Position numbers and translations under genes: made by a program | Shown: positions 27,710-36,563 of the stretch, piece by piece | Layout: every line of letters begins with the position of its first letter | Position numbering within the stretch: the first letter of the stretch is position 1 | Source of the DNA: an uncultured Bacteroides sp. | GTDB lineage: Bacteria > Bacteroidota > Bacteroidia > Bacteroidales > Bacteroidaceae | DNA: 64,000 nt | NCBI GenBank assembly: GCA_944321465.1 | Contig: CALULL010000004.1 | Span: 21,451-85,450, forward strand | Direction: 5' to 3' | Notes under the pieces: model-generated | What the model was told of the DNA's origin: nothing | Databases searched by the model: none | The model's input: only the letters and a program-made list of their open reading frames with translations

Positions 27710-29122
27710 TTATTTATATGAATACATGTTGAGCACTTCCACGTCGAGCCAACGGGAAGAGGCTGCGCGCGTGGTGACGGGGTCTTGGAACTCGACATCG
27801 GTGATGTCCGTGGTGACGACCCGCAGCGTGTAGGTGCGGTTGTAGGACTGGCCGTCGTCCGTCCACGTGGCCTGCGCCGTGAGGGGGATTTCCTGTCCGG
27901 CACTGGCGGTGACGTGGCCTGCGACGGTGGTGCTGCCGGGCGTGTAGCCGTCGAAGTCAAGGCCACGGACGGCAGACGGGTCGAAGCTCCAGGTGCAGGC
28001 CATGTCGGCGGGCTGCTCCGTGGCGGTCTCGCCGGTGTAAACGCCGTCGATGTCGAACTGGAACTGTGCACCCTCGGGCAGCTTCACTTCGTAGGTATTC
28101 GGGTCAAGGGTAGCCACTACCGGCACAGGGTAGGAGCCGATGGGGCTGACCCAGCACTGCACACGGATGTCCAGCCCGTAGTCGTCCAGCGTCAGCACCA
28201 GCGGGTAGATGCTGTTGCGGGGCAGGTCGTGTCGCGCGGTAGTGGCGGTGTAGGTGGTGCCGCCACGGTTGCTGGTCGTCACGCTGACGGCGAAAGGCGC
28301 TGCGTGGGCCACCGTCTCGTTGACGTAGAACTCCAGGCCGCCTGTGGCGGCAACCTCGGCTTGAGAGAACGTCCGCTCCCCGTCGCAGGTCACATCGGCG
28401 GGCGCGGCATTGGCAGAGAGCAACGCCACGCGGTCGGCCCAGCCACTGAAGGTCAAGCCGGTGGCCGACGAGGCACTTGCCCCCTGCAGCGAGATGCGCA
28501 CCTTGCTCACCAGCCTGTCCAGACCGATGGAGATGCCCGTGGTGGCGGGGGTGACGGTGACCGTCAGGGGGACGGCACTCATGGGGATGAAGTGGCGGCT
28601 GCCGTTGCCGTCGGCATCATTGAAGTCTATCTTCGCGGCGGGGTCGTCGAGGACGATGCTCGCCAGCGAAGGCAACGTCTCGTCCTTCTCTATACCTATT
28701 ACTATATTATATAGCTCCGTGCTATACGTCGCGTCGATGTTGGCGAAGGCGTAGAAGGTGTAGGTGCCGGGGGCGAGGGTGAGCGGCTGGCTGTAGGTGC
28801 GCAGGTTGCCCTCCTGGGCGGCGGCGTTCGTGCTGAGGTCGGGAGCAATCTTCTCGACCACGGTGCCTGCGTCGTCCACGATGAAGACGCAGAGCGAGTG
28901 CATGAACTCGTGCGTCGTGCCCGGCTCCTCGCCCACGGGGTCGGGGTCGTCGCCCGGTGCACGGGTGTTCAGGTCGCCGGCCTCGCGGGTGGTGATGCGC
29001 AGCTGCATCTCGGCGGGCTGTCCCGGCAGGGGCAGCCCCTCCAGCCCGTCGGAGGGCGAGCAGCCCCCGAGGCAACCCGCCAGCAGGGCGGTGCGTAATG
29101 CGTGTTTCAAGAATGTCTTCAT
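27710..29122 (-). CDS. fimbrillin-like lipoprotein (type V pilus accessory/tip subunit candidate)
   Basis: Lipobox LLAGC/LGGC. A prodomain ends in ...DLNTR|APGDD ~35 aa after the Cys. An FimA-superfamily-like N-terminus (LCVFIVDDAGTVV...GTYTFYAFANID). Confidence 0.6.
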   Translation of the reverse strand: MKTFLKHALRTALLAGCLGGCSPSDGLEGLPLPGQPAEMQLRITTREAGDLNTRAPGDDPDPVGEEPGTTHEFMHSLCVFIVDDAGTVVEKIAPDLSTNAAAQEGNLRTYSQPLTLAPGTYTFYAFANIDATYSTELYNIVIGIEKDETLPSLASIVLDDPAAKIDFNDADGNGSRHFIPMSAVPLTVTVTPATTGISIGLDRLVSKVRISLQGASASSATGLTFSGWADRVALLSANAAPADVTCDGERTFSQAEVAATGGLEFYVNETVAHAAPFAVSVTTSNRGGTTYTATTARHDLPRNSIYPLVLTLDDYGLDIRVQCWVSPIGSYPVPVVATLDPNTYEVKLPEGAQFQFDIDGVYTGETATEQPADMACTWSFDPSAVRGLDFDGYTPGSTTVAGHVTASAGQEIPLTAQATWTDDGQSYNRTYTLRVVTTDITDVEFQDPVTTRAASSRWLDVEVLNMYSYK

Positions 29123-29177
29123 ATCTTGTCTATGGTACTCTTAGCTATTATCGTTCCTCACGGCACTGCCTGCGGGG

Positions 29178-29262
29178 GCGCAGGTGTGCTCCCTTGCGGG
29201 CAGACCTGTACCCCGGCGGGGGCAGACCTGTGCGCCCACGGGGGCAGACCTGCGGTCCGCCC
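29178..29262. repeat. GC-rich array inside the pilus operon: one REP-like unit plus three GGGCAGACCTG units on a 22-nt period
   Basis: GCGCAGGTGTGCTCCCTTGCGGGCAG at 29178-29203. GGGCAGACCTG at 29198, 29220 and 29242. Confidence 0.65.
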
Positions 29263-29279
29263 GGCGGCACAGGCGCGGC

Positions 29280-30974
29280 CTACAGCGGTATCTCCTCCTG
29301 GGGCAGCAGCAGCCAGTCGTTGACGTAGACCAGGATGCTGAGGCTCTCGTCGCCCGGCACGTAGCCGCCCAGCGAGTAGACGCTCTGCACGGTGAGCTTG
29401 TATATGTTGTTGCGCACGATGGCATACTCCATCGGGCCGTTCGTTTCGTCGTTGCCGTCGTTGGCGTGGCGCACCCACCACGTGTAGTAGCACTGCGCGT
29501 CCTCGTAGGTGCGCACGCCGTGGGGTTGCAGGGCCCGGCGGGTGACTACGTCGCCTTGGTCGAGGGTGACGGCGTGGCCGTCGGCCTCGCTCATGGAGTA
29601 GCCGCACGCGCGGAGCATGTAGTCGCTCCACTTCACTGCGCCCGCATAGTCCGTCAGCCCCAGCAGGTAGTCGCGGTAGCCCGACGGCTCGCCCTCGGGC
29701 AACGTCATGGCAAAGTCGTGTACCTCATCCAAGCCGGTGCAGGCGGCAAGCAGCTCGCCGTAGCGGTCGAAGTCCGGGCCGCAGAACCAGCGCATCATGT
29801 CCTCCATCGTAGCAAAGAGCTGGTTGCCCAGGGCGAAGAAGGTCTCGCCCGTTGCCCAATAGTCGGGCATCCCCGTGGGGGTGAACCGGGCGCGGAACAC
29901 TACGCCCGTGTTGCGCTCCTCGGTGGTGGCCTTGGCGGGGGTGGTGTTCTCCTGCGTGTAGCCTATGCGGTACCAGCCGCCGCCCACCGACGTGCCCGGT
30001 TGTGTCCACCCGGCCCAGTCGTTCGGGTCGTCCGAGCGGTCGGTGTAGGGCAGGCCGTACGTTGCCACGTCGGGGTCGGTGGTGAAGGGGGTGAGGACGT
30101 AGTTGGTGGCCGCACCGGTAGCGGCATCGGCTGTCTCGTCGCCGAGGTAGACCGGCGTGGTGCTCCCGGGCTCATCGGCCACCCGCTTCAGGAGGTAGCT
30201 GCCCGAGGTGAGGTCGTTGACGATGGCCGCGCCCAGTATCTCCACCTTGCCGCCCTCGTACTGCGGGTCCTTGCACGTGTAGGTGCCCGTCGTCTTATAG
30301 TCTATGCGTGCGGCCAGCCGCTCGATGTCTATCGTGGCGGTGGCAGGCTCGGAGGCGGGGTTGGCTTCCAGCGTGATGGTAGCGTCGGCCTCGGAGGACA
30401 TCAGGAAGTCGGTGCCCGTGCCCGTCCACTGCCGGGTCTCCAGGTGGTCGCGCACCGTGCCGAGGGTAAGCTCTTCGGCCTGCTCCCACCAGCTGTCGCG
30501 CGGGTTGGCCACGGCCAGCAGGTGATAGGTGCCGTCGGCCAGCGGGACTTCTTGCGCGGCGGTGACGTAGGTTCTTTCTACCTCATGGCCGCTGCCGGCG
30601 GTGCCTTCCGTCCCTGCGGGGCCGACGGGAAACACCACGGCGGCACTGACGGGGGTCGTGGCCAGGGCGTTCACCCCGGCTTCGGCCTGGTAGAAGAACA
30701 CCACCACGCTACCGACGGCGTTCTCGTCCGCCGTGCCGTCCTCCTGCCCGTCGCCCAGTTCGCCTCCCGTGGGGTTGGCCCGCGTGCCGGGCGAGGCCGG
30801 GGTGGAGAGGGTGAGCGAGACGTAGGAGCGCACCTCCACCGCGCCCCCGCCGCCGACGTCGGGCGAGAGAGCCTGGTCGTCCGTGCAGGCGGCAAAGGCG
30901 AGGGCGAGGAGCAGCCCCACCCCGGCCCTCCCCCTAAGGGAGGGGGTTCTGTCCGCTGATATCTTGTGTCTCAT
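29280..30974 (-). CDS. Mfa1-family fimbrillin-like lipoprotein (second paralogue; accessory subunit candidate)
   Basis: Lipobox LAFAAC and prodomain ...SPGTR|ANPTG. The C-terminus VRNNIYKLTVQSVYSLGG...LSILVYVNDWLLLPQEEIPL parallels the Mfa1 C-terminal strands. ATG at 30974. Confidence 0.65.
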   Translation of the reverse strand: MRHKISADRTPSLRGRAGVGLLLALAFAACTDDQALSPDVGGGGAVEVRSYVSLTLSTPASPGTRANPTGGELGDGQEDGTADENAVGSVVVFFYQAEAGVNALATTPVSAAVVFPVGPAGTEGTAGSGHEVERTYVTAAQEVPLADGTYHLLAVANPRDSWWEQAEELTLGTVRDHLETRQWTGTGTDFLMSSEADATITLEANPASEPATATIDIERLAARIDYKTTGTYTCKDPQYEGGKVEILGAAIVNDLTSGSYLLKRVADEPGSTTPVYLGDETADAATGAATNYVLTPFTTDPDVATYGLPYTDRSDDPNDWAGWTQPGTSVGGGWYRIGYTQENTTPAKATTEERNTGVVFRARFTPTGMPDYWATGETFFALGNQLFATMEDMMRWFCGPDFDRYGELLAACTGLDEVHDFAMTLPEGEPSGYRDYLLGLTDYAGAVKWSDYMLRACGYSMSEADGHAVTLDQGDVVTRRALQPHGVRTYEDAQCYYTWWVRHANDGNDETNGPMEYAIVRNNIYKLTVQSVYSLGGYVPGDESLSILVYVNDWLLLPQEEIPL

Positions 30975-31239
30975 CTCTTCTTGTATCTTAATGTTTACAT
31001 CTATTCGTTTCCTTTGTTGTCTGCCTCCCCTCGGTCCTAACGGGGCTCCGGGGAGCGAGGCGGCGAAGCCGTCCAACTATGCTTAGCCCCGGGCGAACGG
31101 AGCGGACCCGGGGTCCTTATGCAACCCCTCCTCGCATCGGCCCCGTCCAAGAGGGCGGATGGCACAAGGCGGCGCAAGGGCCGTACCTAATACCTCGTCA
31201 ACTCATGCCTAACCACTCGTTAACTAACCCCCACGTCGG

Positions 31240-32355
31240 CTACAGATCGGCAAACTGCACCCTGACGCTCCACTCCAGCACACTGATGCGGATGTTGGCA
31301 TAGGCCAGGCGACCGCCCTTCAGGAAGAAGTCGAGCTGGTAGTCGTAACCACGGTCGAGGAACTCCTGCGGCGAGTAGCTGTAGGCCGACTCGCTGGTGC
31401 GCAGGCGGCTGAGCAGGTCGGGCAGGTTGATGCGTATGACCTCCTGCCCCGTCTCGCGGCTCGTCACCGAGAGAATGGCGTCGTCCGCCGGGTCGTCGTG
31501 GTAGATGATGCGCGAGGTCATAAAGTCGGCATGGGCTATGCGGCCCACTTGCACCTGCGTCTCCCCGTCGGCACGGCTGTCGGCGGTGCGGTCGGTCGTG
31601 TTCCAGGTGGCGTGGGGGGTGTAGACCACGGTGCCTGCCGACTCGTCCACCGTGTTGTCCCACAGCAGGTGGGCGTTGCGGTCGGTGATGCGCATGTCGA
31701 ACTGTGCCACGTCGGTAGTCCACGGCTCGTCGATGTCGCGCAGCGTGACGTTTATCTTCTTCGTGTCGCGCACCAGCGGGATGGTGGCGTAGGTGGGTTT
31801 CTCGGTGAAGACCTCCACCGGCTCTACGTGCAGGCCGTGCCACAGGGTGTCGAGCGGCTCGCCGCCGTGGGGCACAAGGAGGGTGCCGGTGCCGTCGTCG
31901 CGGGTGTCAAGACGTATGTCGAGCGTCTGCATGTCGTCGCCGGGGATGAGCTGCGAGCGCACGAAGTGGGCGCGCCGGGTGGACAGCTGGCTGTCGTAGT
32001 CGGTCTGCCCGGCCAGCACGACAAACTGGTAGCGACCGGGCTGCAGGTCCATGTGCATGGCGTAGCCGGGCTGCGCCAGCGGGCGGTCGTCGCCAACGTT
32101 GGCCTCGCTCTGGCAGGTGACGTAGCGTCCCTGTTCGTCGAAGACGTAGACATCGACCGCGCCCACGTGGTCGGCAAACATGTCGGCACGCTCCAGGTTG
32201 TAGTCGTACTCAAAGCTCAGGTAGAGGCCGAAGGGGCAGTCGCTACGGTCATCGTGCATCATGTCGCACGAGGCGAGCACTGCCGCAGCCGCCACAGTGG
32301 CTACTGCCCGGCCAAGGCGCGGGCATAGGCGGCCACGCGTGGCGTTGTGTTTCAT
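31240..32355 (-). CDS. FimB/Mfa2-family fimbrial anchor/terminator subunit
   Basis: Lipobox VLASC, then DDRSDCPFGLYLSFEYDYNLERADMFADHVGAVDVYVFDEQGRYV, the pattern I recall for Mfa2-family proteins. It sits directly after the Mfa1-like gene. ATG at 32355. Confidence 0.65.
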   Translation of the reverse strand: MKHNATRGRLCPRLGRAVATVAAAAVLASCDMMHDDRSDCPFGLYLSFEYDYNLERADMFADHVGAVDVYVFDEQGRYVTCQSEANVGDDRPLAQPGYAMHMDLQPGRYQFVVLAGQTDYDSQLSTRRAHFVRSQLIPGDDMQTLDIRLDTRDDGTGTLLVPHGGEPLDTLWHGLHVEPVEVFTEKPTYATIPLVRDTKKINVTLRDIDEPWTTDVAQFDMRITDRNAHLLWDNTVDESAGTVVYTPHATWNTTDRTADSRADGETQVQVGRIAHADFMTSRIIYHDDPADDAILSVTSRETGQEVIRINLPDLLSRLRTSESAYSYSPQEFLDRGYDYQLDFFLKGGRLAYANIRISVLEWSVRVQFADL

Positions 32356-32507
32356 CGTTGCCTGCATAGGTGTTCCCATATATAAGTTTACGTTATGTTC
32401 TGTCTCGTTCTCTATGTCGTTTGTCCGGCATCCCCGGACGGGGGGCAGGGTGCACGCCCTGCTATGGTGTTACCGACACGGATTGCGGCGCAAGTTTCTC
32501 CCCCTTG

Positions 32508-32650
32508 CTGCCGAAGCTCGCTCCAGCGGCTGGAGCAGACTTCGGCAGCTGGCTGGAGCGAGCTTCTCCAGCCGCTGGAGCGAGCTTCGGCAGCAGGCGG
32601 GAGAAAGCTTCGGCAGCAGGCGGGGGCGAAATGCGGCAGCAGGCGGTTGT
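32508..32650. repeat. palindrome and tandem-repeat cluster in the Mfa1-Mfa2 spacer
   Basis: The 20-bp CTGCCGAAGCTCGCTCCAGC (32508-32527) has its exact reverse complement at 32574-32593. An imperfect hairpin partner lies at 32529-48. Three direct copies of (CTT)CGGCAGCAGGCGG start near 32585, 32608 and 32632. Confidence 0.75.
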
Positions 32651-33032
32651 CCGCCCCTGTCCGTGGCCGTCCCCTGTGTGCCATTGGACCCCTTCGGGGC
32701 TGCCGGTCCGGCGAGGTTCATGCCTACGTCAGCGTGCGACTGTTGCCTGATGCATCGTCAACTCATCAACTGACGCCTGATGCCTGACGCCTCGTCAGCT
32801 AATGCCTAACAACCTCCGTGCGGTATCTGTTTCATCATGTCAAAGAGGGAACGGGGGAGGGAGGGGGCGGCAGCTTGCGCCGACGCGCCCCTGCCCTGTG
32901 CTGTTCCCGTGTGTTGGTTCCTCGCCCCTGTCTTTGCGCCGGGCGTGGCTGCGCTCCCGCTCTTGGTGTTGTCCCCCGGCGGGATTGGGGGAAAGTCCAA
33001 TGAAGATTTTAATTAATGCCTAAGCTGTCGCT

Positions 33033-33100
33033 GTAGGGGCGGGGCTGCGCCCGCCCTGTGGTTGGCAGGACGGGTGCCCGTGCCCTGGGGTCGCCCCTAC
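33033..33100 (-). terminator. long GC-rich hairpin 14 nt downstream of the Mfa1-like stop (candidate attenuator/terminator)
   Basis: GTAGGGGCG (33033-33041) pairs with CGCCCCTAC (33092-33100). The intervening 50 nt is itself GC-rich and self-complementary. Confidence 0.45.
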
Positions 33101-33113
33101 GCGGTACGTGCGG

Positions 33114-35000
33114 TTAGAGGTCTACGTCCTGCGTGCGAACTGCCCAAGAGAGGATGTTGATTTCGACAGATATCCAAGACTCAACAGGGTCGTCAGGACC
33201 GTACTCGGGTTCAACGTCGGCAGAGCCAATGCTGCTGATGGACTTGACGTTGACGGTGTACCAGTTGTTGCGCAGCACGCCGTAACGTCCCAGCCAGTTG
33301 TTAGCACCGCTGGAGTCGGGGTACGAGGATATATCGCTGGCATCGTCCGTGTCCCAAGGAGTAGCGTCGTCGCCGAAGTGCTTTATCATAACCGGATAGT
33401 AGGCCACGCCACCCTTGTAGTAGGAAATCTTGTAGGCAGCGTTGATGTCATTCGTAACAGTCTGGTTGTTCGAGGCCAAAGCAACAGGAATGGTAGAGTT
33501 CTCGAAGTTGTCGGCAGCATCTGCACTCACGTGGACAGTAGCCACCGTCACTGTACCACCCTCCAAGTTGCCAAGGTCTTCGTCTGCATCATCCGTGCCA
33601 TGCTTGTAGGTGACAACAAGGTCTTCTCCGCCGATGCTTCCAGTCGAAGTCAGACCACCCTCTCCGTGCAGAGCAGCCTGTACTACAGCGTTGTCCAAAT
33701 AGGCCTGCTTAACGACGTTCTCGATGTCCGCTTTCTTGTAGAAAGTGCTCTTGACGTTGTTCAGAACGTAGAAGTCGCCGTTGCCCTCACCAGCATAACC
33801 TACCGAGAGTTTTACAGCCACGATGACACGTGTGGTCTGGTCTTTCATCATGTTGGCGGTGTTGAAGGTGTTCTCAAGGCAGTACATGGGATTGGTCGCA
33901 CCGGTCTGAGTCAACGTCGTGGGGGCGGTACCAACTACCGAGAAGAACTCTGTGCTGGCATTTACATTACCAGTTGTGCCATCGGTGTAGCCCGTGCCGT
34001 CGTAGTTCGGGTCAATGCCCCAGTACGTGCGATACAAGCCGGGGTCTACGGCAGCCGCGCCTACAAAGCGGTAGTGGTCGCCTGTGGATGCCGTATTGTA
34101 GTAGGACCACCAGCCGGCACCATTCACGTTGCGCACGGGGAAGGTCTTCTGGTTCGTAATGTCGAGCGTCCAGCCAGCGATGTCGTTCACGGTTACGCCC
34201 GTTGGCATACCGCTGTCATCCAAGGAAGCATCCTCTGTCACCGTCACCTTGGCCACGGCACGTTCCACGTAGATGTCGGCAGCAGGGTTGTCCTCAGCCA
34301 TAGACTCCGAGTCGAAGATGTTGTTGGGGTCTATCACGGACAGTACCCGGGCCGTAGCAGTCGCAGCGGGCTGAGTCTGCCCACCGGGAGCGGTATAGAG
34401 GGGCGCGTTGAGCATCAGGAAGTTTCCGCTTCCGCTACGGGAAGCCATGCCAGCAATCTGCTCCTTTGTAAGAGTGAGTGCAGCGTTGAACTGGGCAAAG
34501 GTCGTCGTGCCGCTTGTCAGCGTGGTGTTGCCAATCTTCCAAGTCGTTGCGTTCCCGGCTGTTTCGGAAGTCAATATGCCGCTGCCGTTAATCACCGCCA
34601 AGGCGTAGATGTTCTGGCCTGCGGTCGTGGTGGGGCGCACGATGGGGGCCGTATAGCTGTACTTCGAAGTGATGTTGTCATCCTCGGGGTTGTAGTCCGC
34701 CTGCGTTCCGGCCAAGGCGTATGCACCGTTGAAGATTGAGTTCTGCTCGTTAGCACCCACGAAGATGAGCAACGTGGCTTCGTTCACCTTATATTCCACT
34801 GCGTCGCCGTCGTCGAAGTCGTCGTTGGCCGCACGCGTCGAAGGCTGTGTAGGCAGGTTGATGGCCAGGCTGACATAGCCGGTCTCGCCTGCGCCCACTC
34901 CGCCCTGGGGTTGTCCGTTGTTCACCCCGAGGTCGTCGGAACAAGCTCCCAGCACCAGTGCTGCCAGTGCGAGGGAGAAGAATTGTCTCTTTGTTTTCAT
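33114..35000 (-). CDS. mfa1: Mfa1-family fimbria major (stalk) subunit
   Basis: Lipobox LVLGAC and prodomain ending ...QPSTR|AANDD. The C-terminus VLRNNWYTVNVKSISSIG...WISVEINILSWAVRTQDVDL closely parallels P. gingivalis Mfa1 (VVRNNIYHIHIKSIKKLG...MSVEVTVLPWKVHSYEVDL). Confidence 0.85.
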   Translation of the reverse strand: MKTKRQFFSLALAALVLGACSDDLGVNNGQPQGGVGAGETGYVSLAINLPTQPSTRAANDDFDDGDAVEYKVNEATLLIFVGANEQNSIFNGAYALAGTQADYNPEDDNITSKYSYTAPIVRPTTTAGQNIYALAVINGSGILTSETAGNATTWKIGNTTLTSGTTTFAQFNAALTLTKEQIAGMASRSGSGNFLMLNAPLYTAPGGQTQPAATATARVLSVIDPNNIFDSESMAEDNPAADIYVERAVAKVTVTEDASLDDSGMPTGVTVNDIAGWTLDITNQKTFPVRNVNGAGWWSYYNTASTGDHYRFVGAAAVDPGLYRTYWGIDPNYDGTGYTDGTTGNVNASTEFFSVVGTAPTTLTQTGATNPMYCLENTFNTANMMKDQTTRVIVAVKLSVGYAGEGNGDFYVLNNVKSTFYKKADIENVVKQAYLDNAVVQAALHGEGGLTSTGSIGGEDLVVTYKHGTDDADEDLGNLEGGTVTVATVHVSADAADNFENSTIPVALASNNQTVTNDINAAYKISYYKGGVAYYPVMIKHFGDDATPWDTDDASDISSYPDSSGANNWLGRYGVLRNNWYTVNVKSISSIGSADVEPEYGPDDPVESWISVEINILSWAVRTQDVDL

Positions 35001-35044
35001 ACGTTCACTAAGTTTTTGTTATTGGTACATTATGTATAGATAGT

Positions 35045-36514
35045 TCAGTCTGTATCTGTCTCGCTGTGGCGGTCGTCGGCGGGGGCGGTGGTGGCGGGGC
35101 CTTCGATGAGGCGCAGGTTGTCGCCCGCCTCTCGGCAGCCGGCCTCCTGGGCCTGGCGCATGAGGCGGCAGCCGCCGTCGGTGTCGCCGCGCAGCACGAG
35201 CAGCACGCCCCGGGCGTGGTCGGCCTGGGGCGAACGGCCCGCACGGCGCAGGAAGTGCTCGGCACCCTCGTAGTCGCCCACCTCCATGCGGGCACAGGCG
35301 GCGTTGAGGTTGGCCGTGGGGTCGTCGGGGAACATGCGCACGGCCGTCTCCATCACCTCGTTGAAGCGGGGCGTGCCCGGCTCGTAGGTCTGCGCCAGGG
35401 CGTACATCTCTTCGAGGGAGAGCTGCTGGGGCTTGGTGCGGATTATCTCGCGGGCCTCGTCGACGGTGAAGGGACGCACGTAGTAGCGCACCACGTAGTC
35501 GGAGTGGCGCAGGGCGGGATACCACGTCTGCAGCATGAAGCGGTAGTCGTCGGGGTAGCGGTCGCGTATGCGGTGTTCCTTCACGTCGGGGTCGAGCGTG
35601 GCGTCGTCTATCAGGGCCAGTATGGCCTCGCGGTTGTCCAGGTTGCTGCCGTCCACGTAGCGGCGCAGTCCCTCCCAGTCCTCGGGGGTAGAGGAGACGC
35701 GGAAGGTGGTGTCGGGCAGGGCCACCATGCGGCGCACGTAGTCCGTCAGGGTGCGTGCGCGGTTCTCGGCCAGGTAGGTGTTGTGGCGGTAGGTGTCCTC
35801 GGGCGAGGCGTAGCCGTGTATCTCCACGCGGTAGATGGTGGCGTTGGTGTCGTTCTTCACCACGTTGATGGAGTTGACTATTTTTGCCAGCTCGGTGGGG
35901 TTGGCGCGGTAGTCGGGGTAGAGGGTTATCTTGTCCACGGGGAAGTCAATGAAGGCTTGCCCGTCGTAGTGGCGCTCCTTGGGTCCCTCGACCGCAGGGC
36001 GCACATAGGGCATACGGGGACGGCGCAGGCGGCGCAAGGGGGTGACGGCCTGATCCAGCACGTCGCCGCAGCCGCAGAGGTCTTCCTCGATGGCCACGTC
36101 GCAGTTCTTCATCCACGGCTCGTAGGGCAGCACGGCACTGTAGTGCACGGTCTGCCGCGTGCCGTTGCGGCGGTAGACGGCCAGTGCGTCGGGCCCGTAG
36201 TCGTTGTGGGCGAAGCGTTTGTAGGAGATGGACTGCTTGCGCCCGTTGAGCACGATGGGGGGCATCAGGCGGGTGTAGCCGTCGCCGCCCGAGACGGTGG
36301 GCGTGAACACCATGCGGCGGTTGGCCCGCAGGTGGAGGGAGTCGAGGCAGAGGTCCATGTCGAGCACCAGGGTGCGGTCGGTAGGCTCCACCTTGAGGTT
36401 GCGCACGGCGATGGTGCTGTCGGCCAGCATGGGCACCGCCGTCTGCGCGTCCAGCCCGGCGGGCAGCAGTGCTGCGGCGCAGAGAAGCAATATGGGTATT
36501 GTCGTCTTGGTCAT
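35045..36514 (-). CDS. DUF3868 domain protein with a TPR-like C-terminal region
   Basis: Signal peptide, then VRNLKVEPTDRTLVLDMDLCLDSLHLRANRRMVFTPTV.., typical of DUF3868. A central OmpA-like segment (VEIHGYASPEDTYRHNTYLAENRARTL). It holds the canonical position between DUF3575 and the pilin gene. Confidence 0.75.
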   Translation of the reverse strand: MTKTTIPILLLCAAALLPAGLDAQTAVPMLADSTIAVRNLKVEPTDRTLVLDMDLCLDSLHLRANRRMVFTPTVSGGDGYTRLMPPIVLNGRKQSISYKRFAHNDYGPDALAVYRRNGTRQTVHYSAVLPYEPWMKNCDVAIEEDLCGCGDVLDQAVTPLRRLRRPRMPYVRPAVEGPKERHYDGQAFIDFPVDKITLYPDYRANPTELAKIVNSINVVKNDTNATIYRVEIHGYASPEDTYRHNTYLAENRARTLTDYVRRMVALPDTTFRVSSTPEDWEGLRRYVDGSNLDNREAILALIDDATLDPDVKEHRIRDRYPDDYRFMLQTWYPALRHSDYVVRYYVRPFTVDEAREIIRTKPQQLSLEEMYALAQTYEPGTPRFNEVMETAVRMFPDDPTANLNAACARMEVGDYEGAEHFLRRAGRSPQADHARGVLLVLRGDTDGGCRLMRQAQEAGCREAGDNLRLIEGPATTAPADDRHSETDTD

Positions 36515-36563
36515 GGTTCTATGGGATTTGTGTATGTATCGCTTTTAGTGTGTCGGTGCGGAG

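Noticed and set aside
28681-28715. A recurring TATACCTAT...TATAT word at 28691, 48451, 49254, 52694 and 60857, which might be a dispersed motif.
   Set aside because: Three of the five lie inside genes, where they encode Ile/Pro/Tyr-rich peptides (IPITIFI, HIPYIYG, YNIVIGI) using the ATA/TAT codons this genome favours. The copies share no extended flanks. I judge this a codon-usage coincidence.
32395-32787. Small overlapping ORFs in the mfa1-mfa2 spacer with repetitive peptides (e.g. ...SSLQRLEQTSAAGWSELLQPLERASAAGG...).
   Set aside because: The repetitive peptide sequence simply reflects the DNA palindromes and tandem repeats. ORFs are open in several frames on both strands, as expected for GC-rich repeats.
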